Under the pieces are notes generated by a model. The model was not told where the DNA came from. It did not search any database and was given only the letters and a program-made list of their open reading frames with translations. Shown here piece by piece: positions 1-10,632 of a stretch of DNA of 18,364 nt; position 1 is the first letter of the stretch; each line of letters begins with the position of its first letter. A program made the position numbers and the translations under genes. The stretch is from NCBI GenBank assembly GCA_905330805.1, contig CAJNWK010000300.1, forward strand, positions 51,812-70,175, in the 5' to 3' direction. The stretch comes from Rotaria sp. (Eukaryota).

Positions 1-125
1 AAAAATTTTCGCTTATATTTTAATTTATAATCTGAATTTGAAAAAGCTATCAAAGATGAATATTTTGCTATTATTGTCGAATGAATCAATAAAACTTTAA
101 CTTCGTATGATATAACGATGATTTT

Positions 126-1343
126 TTGATAGAATTATACAAATATATTGTTACACTTCCAGATGTTAAACAATTTCCTCTAGTCTGCAAAGTAATTGTC
201 AATGCTCTTAACAGAGAATACCATAATTATTTTACAGGAAATAAGAGTATGCTTTTGCAAGATAATATAATTACTGAGTTGGAGAAAATGATTTATTCTT
301 CGTACATATGTTCAGAAGATATTTTAGCTGTTTGTTTACTGGCTTATGGTAATTGTTTAATTCAGTTACACGAATTTAAAATGGGTCAAAATTAGTCAGA
401 TGAGATGAAAAATATTCTTACTATTATTTCTCAAAGATCGTCATCAGAAGTGACTTCTATCAGAACTAATTTTTGTTTATTATTCATCGAATCTTTAGAT
501 ATAACCTGCCTGACAATACTGAAATGGTTCAGAAACAAGTCAAATACAACATCTGAAAAGCGATACAAGATATTGTTACAACAAACATTATATTGCACGA
601 AGGATACATCACGTACCATATTTATAGATGAAACAATTGATAACTTAAAAACACATTCTACTGAGCTTATTGATTTTTTTTGTCATTGGTCTATACAATT
701 GTTTGTGTAACATAGATAAATTTGACTCTCTTTTTGATCCTATGCCTAACTATATCGGTATAGGTGGAGATATCAGTAGCAGTAATTGGACTGCATTTTG
801 AGATGCTATTCAAAGAAGTATTTTTGGTGAAAAAAGAATCCACATGGCAATGAAGCATTAATAAATAATTATGCAGATTTTGGTATACTAACAACTAATT
901 TAGTTGAAATGTGCGAAGCGTATACGGATAATTATTTTTTTGACATTGAACAAGGTCCTAATTTGAGCAATCTCACAGAGGTTAATCAAAACGTGATTGA
1001 CGAATTGTTTCAAGTTTTAGATTTCAAGATGTATGATAGAAAATTTAAAAGTTCTTGATGGATATTGAAATATCTTGTCAATAGTCATATTATATCTTTG
1101 TTGGAAGCGCATCAGAGGATTTCACTTACCAATAACATCTTTGATTGCAACGCCAATCAACTTGGAAAGAGTAAAGAATATATTTTTGACCTGTTACCGA
1201 ACACAAGTTGTTTTAATAAAAGTGTTTTTTCCGATTTCAATAAAGTATTTTTTAGTAAGAGTGATATTCATGAAGAATTCGAAAAAGTAATTAATCTTCT
1301 TGACAAGAAGTTCATTTTCTTTGTCAGAAGAAATAATTTCTGA
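126..1343 (+). pseudogene. Decayed protein-coding region of unknown family (~400 codons), possibly alpha-helical repeat-like
   Basis: ORFs 126-395 and 405-710 share a frame and are separated by one TAG (393-395). After removing one T from the T8 run at 674-681, the reading continues as ...LIDFFVIGLYNCLCNIDKFDSLFDPMPNYIGIGGDISSSNWTAF, then TGA (799-801), then DAIQRSIFGEK. A second shift near the A6 run at 830-835 leads to NPHGNEALINNYADFGILTTNLVEMCEAYTDNYFFDIEQGPNLSNLTEVNQNVIDELFQVLDFKMYDRKFKSS, then TGA (1056-1058), then WILKYLVNSHIISLLEAHQRI... to 1343. That is about three stops and two frameshifts in one coding-like stretch. Confidence 0.55.
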
Positions 1344-3518
1344 TCATTTTTCCGAATAGTTCGAACTAAGAAGATCATTTTGTATTTCTATTAGATTCTT
1401 GCACCATCACATTTTTTTTCTATAGTACATCTCATTATGATTAAGAATATTGTTCATTTCAACATTTTATTTCTATCCAATTTAATTGTTCATTATTGTC
1501 AAGCTCTTTTTTGTTTTTTTTTCATTTTAAATCTTCTTTATTTTATCTATGAAAGTATTTGTTTATGTTTAATAAATCTTCATTCCGAAAATGTAAAAAG
1601 ATAGGTAAGGGTTAGTACCCAGAGTTATCAGAAACGCTAAAATCCTCATATATCTTACGTTTATGCAAACTGCAATAGATTTCTACAAGACGAAGAATTT
1701 TAATATTCTATGCTTATTTTGAAAATTTATTCTTTTTTTTTCGAATTAAAATTTCCATGCATAAAAATTACAAAAATGTCAAAAAGTATTATATAAGTAC
1801 ATATTCTGTTACAATTACAATTAAACAAAATCACACATATGTTACTATTCTTTTTCACAGAATTATCCATCATTAATATATGCGAAGCCTAAGACCATCG
1901 AAAAACAATAATTGAATACTTAACCAGATGCTTCTGGACGTTTTACTTACTAGAGTACCGAAAGTAACGAAATAGAAAACGTAAACGGTTGGAACATTCT
2001 TCGTACTTCCATTTTCTATACATTCAGGATGCACTATTAAAGCTTCAATCTCCACAATCGCGCCCAGACTGGCATAGATATCTACATTCCATCCTCAATA
2101 AATACGGGAATAAATTCGTTGGTAATGTGCTAGATTAAGATTGACAATTTCTCATCACGTCAATCATTATAAAATGACTAATGACCGATTGAACATTTTT
2201 CATGGCAGAAAGCTCGTCGCATGAGGCCTCTTCAATTGGTTAAATTGACATTGGAAATGCTCGTGTTATTGATCAATGAAATTCTGTACGACTATCTGTC
2301 GAACTGAATTATTATTATTGTATGACATGATCTCTTGAATAGTACACGATTCATCATATATATATATAAAGCACTTTACTTCTATTGGATACACTTATTC
2401 TTTTATTTTCTTTCTTTTACTTTCCTCTCTCTTCTTTCTTCATTGGTATATACTTGTTCGTTGCTGTCACACCTGTCTCTCTTTCTCTCTATATTTTTTA
2501 ATAAATTAGATAAACCAGTGCTAACAAAGGTGTATTTCCTTTATTCTCTTAAATTATTCAGTAATGTTCTTTCACTCGCAACATTTGTTTTTTTTTTCAT
2601 ATATTTGGTATGACAACATCCAATGAAAAGGTAAAAAAATAATACGTTTTCCAAGTTTTTACTTATCATGTTGAAAGAACATGAATTTAGAGAAGAAAAT
2701 TAATTTGTGTGATGTTATATTTTGAAGAGTTTCGCCAAAAAAGACAACTCTATTAAAACAAAAATCTACGAATAAATCTCCATGAAAAATAACAGCGTAT
2801 TTGTCAAATATCACAAACAAATTATTGGACTTTATGAAAGATAAAGAACAAAAACTCGGTATCAATTGGAGAAATTGAGATTACAGGTCAGATATCATAA
2901 ACAATACATCATTATCTAAAATTCGTTGCTTGTATAAAATTCAGTGAAAAATAATATTGGTGTCAAGATAGGCTGCTGTTTTGTGTGATGCTAACTGAAT
3001 CTTTTCTCAACCGTTTAATCGAATGTGTTCTGATAACTGATCTGTATCAATTTAAAAGATTAGCAAAGCCACAAAAACAAAATATCATTACACTTTAGAT
3101 CTGTATATTTTGATTATTAAAAATATGATTGTAACCATTGTATGAATAACGATGACATAAAACTATATCTATAAAACTACCAAATTGTGTTCTCAAACAT
3201 TTATCAACGATATTTTTTCCTCTAGCTAAAGGTACAAAAGCTTTCTTAAGACTAAGAATTCTCCTGGCACTTCCATTGAATCATTATCTTGGCTAATTAA
3301 AGAAAAAAAACGTATCCTTACTTGATCGTTTGCGAATATCATGCGGATATGATAAGAACAATTTTTTATCTTTATTCTATGCCATGATTAATGTTTATTT
3401 ATGTTAAACGATAAAATATGAAGAGAAATGGATTTAGCTCAGAAATTCAGTTTAAAACTCCAGAAGATGAAAAAAATATTGTAATCTAAATGGTATTTGC
3501 TTAAGTTCAGAAGCATAA

Positions 3519-3788
3519 TCACCATCCACTTGATGTGCAATTTGCGCCTAAGTGACCATCACCTCCAAAGACTGGGCATTCTATGTACTTCATATGACAT
3601 TGTTGTATGCATTCCATAACGTTGCAAGGATTGAGGGGAAAACTGCCTTGATAGCTCGGTATACAACCACTTCTTGAGCAACATGTACAAGCGCATGTAC
3701 CACCATTGATTGATTTTGTAAAGCAAATAGGGCTGATCATGCTTACAAGAATCAAAATGATTATTTTATTCATATCTAAACAAATCAC
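3519..3788 (-). CDS. Small secreted cysteine-rich peptide (hypothetical)
   Basis: 89-aa ORF with a hydrophobic N-terminal signal-like segment (MNKIIILILVSMISPICFTKS, probable start at the internal Met). The mature part has 10 cysteines (CACTCC...C...C...C...C...C...C). Confidence 0.5.
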   Translation of the reverse strand: MICLDMNKIIILILVSMISPICFTKSINGGTCACTCCSRSGCIPSYQGSFPLNPCNVMECIQQCHMKYIECPVFGGDGHLGANCTSSGW

Positions 3789-6320
3789 TAATTGAAAACG
3801 ACATTTGCTTGGAAAAAAGACAAAACATACTTTTTTTGTTTCAAGATAATTGAGAAGAAGGTAACTAATAAGATCTTTACTCCAGTCTAAATACTATTTT
3901 TCCGTTTTCTAATTGTTTCAACTACATCATGGGTAATTTATACCATTTTTCACCTTGCTTGATCCTTTATTTGACAAAAGATAAATGTGTCATTATTTAT
4001 ATCATTCTCGTCTGACACTGTAAGATATCGTCACGAATTGTATTAAATTGGCCCAAAGAAAAAATAACGAAAAAAGTGCCGGAAAGCAAATAACGCAAGA
4101 TTTATAGCAAGAAAATAGAATACTGATTACATGAGAATATCGAAAAAGGTTATTTTAGTACTTTGAACTAGCAAAATGGAGATATTTCATTGGAAAAAAA
4201 TGTAATAGATGCCTAAACAGGATTTGTCCTGATTGCCAAGATTGGGTTCAGGGTAACTTTGATCATTCAGGGAGCTGATTGAAACATTCTTAGTGAGATC
4301 GACGGGATTACTGAGGATTTGGAAAAATTGTTGAGAATTATTGAGTAAAAGGGCGAATAAGATGCTGGAGATTTTGCTGAACAAAAGAAACGAGAATATC
4401 GAGAATGGGGCGTGGATCAACTCTAGTTCGGAACACTCCTGTTAGTAGGTACCAACAAACACTAGGCGGTGTTGTATACCTATCCTGATCTGCATTATGC
4501 GTGACACTTTCACTTTCTTTTTACTTTCAGAAAGGAAAGGAAAGTTGAATTGTTTTATATCAAAAGTATCTGTATTATCGACAACAGAGATACTAAAGCG
4601 ATCATTTTAATATCGGTAACTCCAATAAATCTTTATGTTCCTTTTTCTCATTACTTCAAGTTACACCCCTACTACTTGTGTCACATATCTGTTTCTTTCA
4701 GTCTTGAATTAATTTTTTCCATGTTTCCATGCTGCTCCATTGTACCACAATTAACTTCAAAGGTTCTTTTTTCCCCTCATATGGTAAGAAAAAATTATTA
4801 AGCATGATTCTGGCTCGATCTCACACAAGTTTTGGATGCTTGTCAATAAAAGAGATTGGTTAGAAAGAAAAATTTGATTTTCTTTTCTTATCAATCGTTT
4901 CCTGTAAATATCATTCAATTTTGAACTAATTGACAAATTTTTGAAGGGTTTCAATGAAATTTTATATGGTGATACGTGGTCTATATATTATGCAAGCAGT
5001 TTGACTGTCGTGTTTCTTTTACCGATGAGAAAAGTAAGTCAATAGAGTGAAAAAGAAACGATATATGTACTGGTTTATGATGTCGTTTTAAATTACGTAG
5101 AATATATCGGGAAGAGTTAAGTAGCTTGCGAACTCAAAGAACTAGCAACTTTTGGCTCTCACTACTCAGAAGTAGGTACTAGTAACGTCAATCTAAGTCA
5201 AATTCAAAAATTTGAGGGATGGTCCTAAAAAATTTCTGTTAAGATCCTCTGAAAATTGTCTTCCCGATCAGAAAGCTTTATTAAATTTTTTTCCCGATTT
5301 CTTCAATATGACAATTGTGAGTCGCCAATTTCACACCTGAATTAGGTCGAATCTTCAGCGAAGGCTTGTAAGACGTATCTTTAACACTGTCACGAGAGAA
5401 GAATCAACTATTACAATTAAAGGTCGACAGATTTTCTAAAAACATCTAACTAATCAGGCTATTTTCCCATAAAGTAGGTTTAGTTTCTTAACATTTGCTT
5501 GCAGACGGACGTCTCACCTGTCTAAGATGAAGAGTCGAACTAACTCAGCGGTGAATTTGACGACTCATTATCGTCACATTGAAGAATAGGAAGAGTTTAA
5601 GATCTGCTGTTTTGAAAAATTTTTTTGCTGGCATTTGATCTCTCTCTGGAAAGCAAAGCAAACATTGCTACGAAGCTCAGTATAGATGGAAACCTAAATT
5701 TTCTTGAAAGCCCAGGTTGAGTCGAGTGAAAGAGTTTGGTTTTCAGAGGTTTCATATAAGATAGATAAAGTCAGGTTGAAAATGTAATAAGATTTCCTGA
5801 AAACCTAGCAGAAATCTCTTAGGATTATCTCTCAGACTTTTGAATTTAATATAGATGTACGTTGCACAGTTCCCACTTCCGAGTGATAAAACCACAAATT
5901 GCTAGCTGTTTGTGTTCCAGGGCTATTCAACTTCTTGCGACACCCATCCTATGCTGAGAAGGACAGCAATTGCATTTGACTTGCAAGTGTCATCTCTTCT
6001 GTCCAGGCTAAGATTTGAAACAAAGCGAAAAAACGAATAAGTATTGAACCATTGATATTCATTAAAGATAGCTGTGCAGTTTATTTTCATCAGTAGTTCG
6101 CTTTTTCATGGAATACAAAACAATATGAACAAGTAAAAGTCAAGACTGAAAATCAAAATTCGATGTAAAATCATCTACTATAGCTTTTTCGGTGATATAT
6201 AGGTTGTTTATCTTCTTTTGTTTCACTTGAAACTTATGAATTGCAATAGAAACTTTAGAGCTAAAAGAAAATGATAGTTATCTTTAAAGATATTTCTTGG
6301 TGATAGTGAGACGTACGCGA

Positions 6321-6442
6321 GGGTGTGAGTGTGGGTGTGGGTGTTGGAGTGGGATGTGGTTGTTCATATTCAGTATATTCACACCCACACCCACACCCAC
6401 ACCCACGCCCACCCACACCCTCCCACACCCACACCCACACCC
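6321..6442. repeat. Telomere-like foldback 1: G-rich arm 6321-6360, C-rich arm 6380-6442
   Basis: gggtgtgagtgtgggtgtgggtgttggagtgggatgtgg, a ~20 bp AT-rich spacer, then cacacccacacccacacccacacccacgcccacccacaccctcccacacccacacccacaccc. Confidence 0.85.
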
Positions 6443-6499
6443 TCAAGATGGGAAATGAATGAAACGAAAACATTGTATCCTTCTTTTGTCACGAAAGTT

Positions 6500-7290
6500 A
6501 CTCAATTATGATCAAAATATCTAACTCAGAAGAAGGACAAAGGCCTAGACAAACATAATTGATTCCCTTTCTGATACTAAATATTCGAAGAAGATGAGAT
6601 TAAAGAACTAAAAAGAAGACAGAATGCTTAAAGAAAAAGCTGTTAGCGCAATCCCTTGACGGATTAAAAATGTGAAACACGATACACCTATGGATACTAA
6701 TTAAATGGACTTCGTTTTCTTCCAATTATTTACGATAGATTTGTAGCTTATTGTTTATTTCATGCTTCAAAACTAGAGGTTCTTTATGACGGTCTGGGGG
6801 AGTGGGTCCAAAATTTCTACTCTATACACTTCAACACTCCTCTCAGATCGTGTTTCACAAAATATTAATTCTTTTTATCATAAAAGATATTCGATGAAGA
6901 TCAGAATATATAACTGAGTAAGAAGAAAGAAAACCAAAAGGAAAATATCTGCTTTTTCCTCACAATGAATACTGAATTATGATCAGAATAAAATACTGAA
7001 GAAGAGGAAAAAAGACTTGACAGAAAATATCTCATTTTTAATGAACGATACTGTTATGTTTAGAATAATTGGCAGAACAAAAAGGAGAAAGAGTTAAACG
7101 ATGACATTTTATTCCCTTTCTAACAACGCACTCAATGAAAATCAGAATGTCGAACTGAGAAAGAATGAAAAGAGGGTAATGAAAATATTTCATATTGTTC
7201 CTTATAATAGTTACTGAAGTATGATCAGGGTAGCTAATTGAAAAAAGCGAAAAGAAGGAAAGGAATATATTCAACTGTTCTTCTGAAAAA
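6500..7290. repeat. Degenerate tandem repeat, unit ~80 bp
   Basis: A core resembling (tact.aa.tatGATCAGaatat.taactgagaagaag.aaaa) recurs, with the GATCAG-equivalent position near 6510, 6593, 6899, 6981, 7058, 7140 and 7223. Spacings are 77-83 bp, with a ~306 bp gap of about four decayed units between 6593 and 6899. Confidence 0.55.
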
Positions 7291-7359
7291 GAAGGGTGTG
7301 GGTGTGGGTATGGATTTTATTAAAGGTCACACCCACACCCACACCCATCTATTCAGAAG
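7280..7359. repeat. Telomere-like foldback 2 with extended flanking inverted repeat
   Basis: CTTCTGAA (7280-7287) ... gggtgtgggtgtggg (7294-7308) - spacer - cacacccacacccacaccc (7328-7346) ... TTCAGAAG (7352-7359). Confidence 0.85.
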
Positions 7360-7420
7360 GGAAAACCAGATATAGTATGCTGTAGAGTATTTTACAGCAC
7401 ATCGAATAACATATAGTAAA

Positions 7421-7493
7421 GGGTGTGGGTGTGGGTAAAAAGAAGACTAACAGCCACAACCCATACCCACACCCACACCCCACACCCCACACC
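7421..7493. repeat. Telomere-like foldback 3
   Basis: gggtgtgggtgtgggt (7421-7436), ~17 bp spacer, ccacaacccatacccacacccacaccccacaccccacacc (7454-7493). Confidence 0.85.
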
Positions 7494-8963
7494 GAGCGTT
7501 TTTCAAATTACTAACATAGTCGTCATCAACAATACAAAGAACAATGAGATTCTTGATTGATTCAAATCAAGTCTATTCATAGAACATTATATTGTTTTAC
7601 TCAACATCACCCATTTCTATCTTGAAATTTGAACTTTCAAATTGTTCCATTTGATTGATAAACTCATCGATGTGATTCGTATATTATGATGAAATGCATG
7701 TGCATATATATGTGTATGTTTCTTCATCGAATAGAGAGTACAACAGTGGAGACGCTAATAGCAGTAAAAAGAAGTTTGTAGAAGTAAAAATTGCTTATAC
7801 CTTCGAAAAAAATTCTTTTTTTACGATTCCCATTAACTAAATGCATGAAAGTAATTGAAATAATTTTCAATCACCATGCCGAAGAATATTTTGAATTTAG
7901 AATTGAGATCAGACGATTTTTAGGAATCAAATCGCTTACCAAGGAAAAACATGATCCCGATGATGCAAACCATATACTATGCTCAAAAATGAAAGCATTT
8001 CGATGACCAATACATTTGTTTTTTGGTTGTGAAAGTACATGATTCATCATATTTATATTGCACCATTTCGCCATTCACTTACCCAACGTATACAAAAGGG
8101 TGAACAATATCGATTTGTGTATCATTTAGTAACTCATATTCCGACGTGATAAAGTTATTGAATACCTCATCAAAACCATCAACTTTTCAATTAATTTCAT
8201 AGTAAGTCCAGATTTTTTTTATATGACATGTTTATTTCATGTCATCGGTTGCGCCAGAGTATTGATCAGGATTTGTTTGGAAAGCAGCACTGACAATCGA
8301 AAAAAGAAGGTGTTGTATTGTGTTTACTTACAGGACTTACTAAGACGAAAAAGACTTCGAAAAGATTTGAACGTTTGAACTTCCAGTTTTCGATTTTTTA
8401 TATATTTACCAATACAAAGACAGATAACCCAATGTTGAGCTGGAAATATTGTTTATGGACAGATTTAACCATCGCTAGAATGCTTTCAAAGTCTTAGTCA
8501 AAATGAATGTTTTCTTAACGAAATACTCAATTTTTAAAATATTTAAAAATCTACAAATAAATATATATCATTATGAGCGAAATTCTAGATCGAGTTTTCT
8601 TTTATTAGATTTTAGAAAAATCGAATAGGATGTCAAGGAAGCAGTGCATTAGTGATAAGCCGAGAGAAAAGATGAAGACAGTCAAAACATTTTTTGTTGA
8701 AAACGAGTGTCAAACACAAACTTCATATAGTCAGTTCATCAGAATGGTTCATATGATGATTTGTTTGCTGACAGCTGTTGTTTAATCTTCGACCCAAATT
8801 CCGAATTCAAACATCAACAAATGGCTCGAAAGTGGTTTATCAAAAACCAAATCAGATCACACATCATTCTTTCAGACTCAATGAATGAAAAATGAAATCT
8901 GAGAATTCAAATAGAGGATCATATTTTTGCTAGATAACTTAATAATTTGTCCATAATTTAGGA

Positions 8964-9542
8964 ATGAAAATTTTCATCATCCATATTCGAACCAAACAAT
9001 TGTCTCTGGAAAGTTACTCAAATGAGCCATTCGTAATCAATATCGATCCGTCTTCCACCATCAAACAACTCAAAGACACGATTGCACAACAAATCAATGA
9101 ACCTCCATGCGATCAATTTTTAAGTTTCGAAGGTCTAACACTTGAAGATAAACATACACTTACATCATATGCTAACATCAACGACGGAAGTACCATGTCG
9201 ATGGTGATATGGCGTAACGCTTCTCGTAAAAGATACCAAGTGTTTGTTTCAATACCATCAAACGACGAGAAGCGTGAGGTCATTGGCTTACATATTTTCT
9301 ATCATGACACAGTGGCCCAAGTAAAACAGGCTATTTATGAATGCACGTCCATACCCGTGATGAAACAAAGAATTATTTTTGCTGGCAAACAGCTTGAAGA
9401 TGATCGAGTTTTCTCGAATTATGGTATCCAAAAAGAGAGCACTGTACATCTTGTGTTTCGAAATGTGACCCCAACTGCCGACGTGCCACCGCAGCCTGTT
9501 AAAGAAATCGTATCGAACGATCGCCGCTGTGATATTTTGTAA
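8964..9542 (+). CDS. Tandem ubiquitin-like domain protein (two Ubl domains) with CaaX-like C-terminus
   Basis: 192-aa ORF. The second domain [52 protein letters not shown] aligns by eye with ubiquitin [52 protein letters not shown]. The first domain, [51 protein letters not shown], is more divergent. There is no C-terminal GG; the protein ends NDRRCDIL. Confidence 0.88.
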   Translation: MKIFIIHIRTKQLSLESYSNEPFVINIDPSSTIKQLKDTIAQQINEPPCDQFLSFEGLTLEDKHTLTSYANINDGSTMSMVIWRNASRKRYQVFVSIPSNDEKREVIGLHIFYHDTVAQVKQAIYECTSIPVMKQRIIFAGKQLEDDRVFSNYGIQKESTVHLVFRNVTPTADVPPQPVKEIVSNDRRCDIL

Positions 9543-10060
9543 TTACAATCAAAACTAGATATGAACATGAATTAGTCTTGAAAATAGGATTTTGAGAAGT
9601 TTCGTGCTTATAGAGCGATGTATATAAAGTCACTTTTGAAATATTCTGTAACATGATACATAGAATTCTTTCTAGATTCCTAGAAAAGACGAACTCTATC
9701 TTCGTTTTGTCGAATTTTTAATCATTTGACACAAAAATTTATGAACAATGATTCAAAAATTGCCGTCTTTGATGACGACGTATAAAACAAAGAATCATTT
9801 TCTTAATCATTGCTATACAAAGAACTCCATTGTCTTTATTTCATCCGTCCTAATTTCTAAGTTTGTCCATTGAAAATTTTAAAACTGTTCAGTAAAGCGG
9901 CATTATTTCATCGGTTGAAACATGTCACTTTCATGAGTTTCTTGAATGCGAATGAATCATACAATTGACGAGCAATTCAATGTAATTTAGAATAAATACA
10001 AGAAGCGCCGTTTTTTGGTGAATTATATTCTCTGGCGATTGATCTAAGAAATTGATTGGG

Positions 10061-10089
10061 TTTATTGTATTTATTGTAAATACAATAAA
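10061..10089. repeat. Perfect inverted repeat (13-bp arms, 3-nt loop)
   Basis: TTTATTGTATTTA-TTG-TAAATACAATAAA. Confidence 0.9.
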
Positions 10090-10313
10090 AACGTTTACAC
10101 TCACTACATCGATTCTTATTGATTGTGGCGAAATCAAGGATCTCATTGTTTTCTTTCTAATCAGAAAACATAATAAAGGTCTAAATGCTTTTTGAAACGA
10201 GGTTGTATTGTCACTGACTAACCATCTATGATCTATCGTCTAGAAGTGTTCTTGACTGTTCATGAGATGACATGAATGCTGTTTAAAACTCTTGCCAACG
10301 CAGGAAAATATTA

Positions 10314-10400
10314 GGGTGTGGATGTGGGTGGGTATGAGTGTTCTGTGAGTGTTTATCTTCTATTAACCCACATCCACACCTCTCACCCACTCCCACACCC
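10314..10400. repeat. Telomere-like foldback 4
   Basis: gggtgtggatgtgggtgggtatgagtg (from 10314), spacer, then acccacatccacacctctcacccactcccacaccc (to 10400). Confidence 0.8.
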
Positions 10401-10441
10401 TGTGAGCGTGGATGTGAATGAAGAGAAAACTCCTACATGGA

Positions 10442-10547
10442 GGGTGTGGATGTCGATATTGAAGAATTTTATGTCAACACCCACACCCATACTCACACCC
10501 ACACCCCACACTTCACACCCACAACCGCACTCCCACACACCCACATC
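10442..10547. repeat. Telomere-like foldback 5 (short G arm, long degenerate C arm)
   Basis: gggtgtggatgt (10442-10453), ~22 bp AT-rich spacer, then cacccacacccatactcacacccacaccccacacttcacacccacaaccgcactcccacacacccacatcc. Confidence 0.75.
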
Positions 10548-10632
10548 CTAATCGTTCATATTTCACGAATAATATTGATTTAACTGAAGAAAAACATTAT
10601 GATAAGTTACATAAAACTATATCAATTCGGTT

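Noticed and set aside
2335-2613. 92-aa hydrophobic ORF (FYFLSFTFLSLLSSLVY...)
   Set aside because: Composition follows T/C-rich low-complexity DNA. No recognisable transmembrane family, splice or start context.
6261-6511. ORFs 6261..6473 (-) and 6329..6511 (+), poly-(THPTPTP)/(VWVWVGCGCG) proteins
   Set aside because: Translations of the telomere-like GTGTGGG/CCCACAC repeats on opposite strands; low complexity, no coding evidence.
7791-8074. Overlapping opposite-strand ORFs of 71 and 67 aa
   Set aside because: Short, mutually overlapping, no recognised domain. The plus-strand one (HHAEEYFEFRIEIRRFLG...) looks slightly protein-like but is insufficient to call.
9661-9690. HSE-like TTTCTAGATTCCTAGAAAA downstream of the Ubl gene
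   Set aside because: Module spacing is broken (TTC-CTA-GAA, 3 nt), so it is not a canonical contiguous heat-shock element.
10318-10551. ORF 10318..10551 (+), 77 aa
   Set aside because: Largely translation of foldbacks 4 and 5 (THIHTSHPLPHP...TPTPHTSHPQP); simple-sequence artefact.
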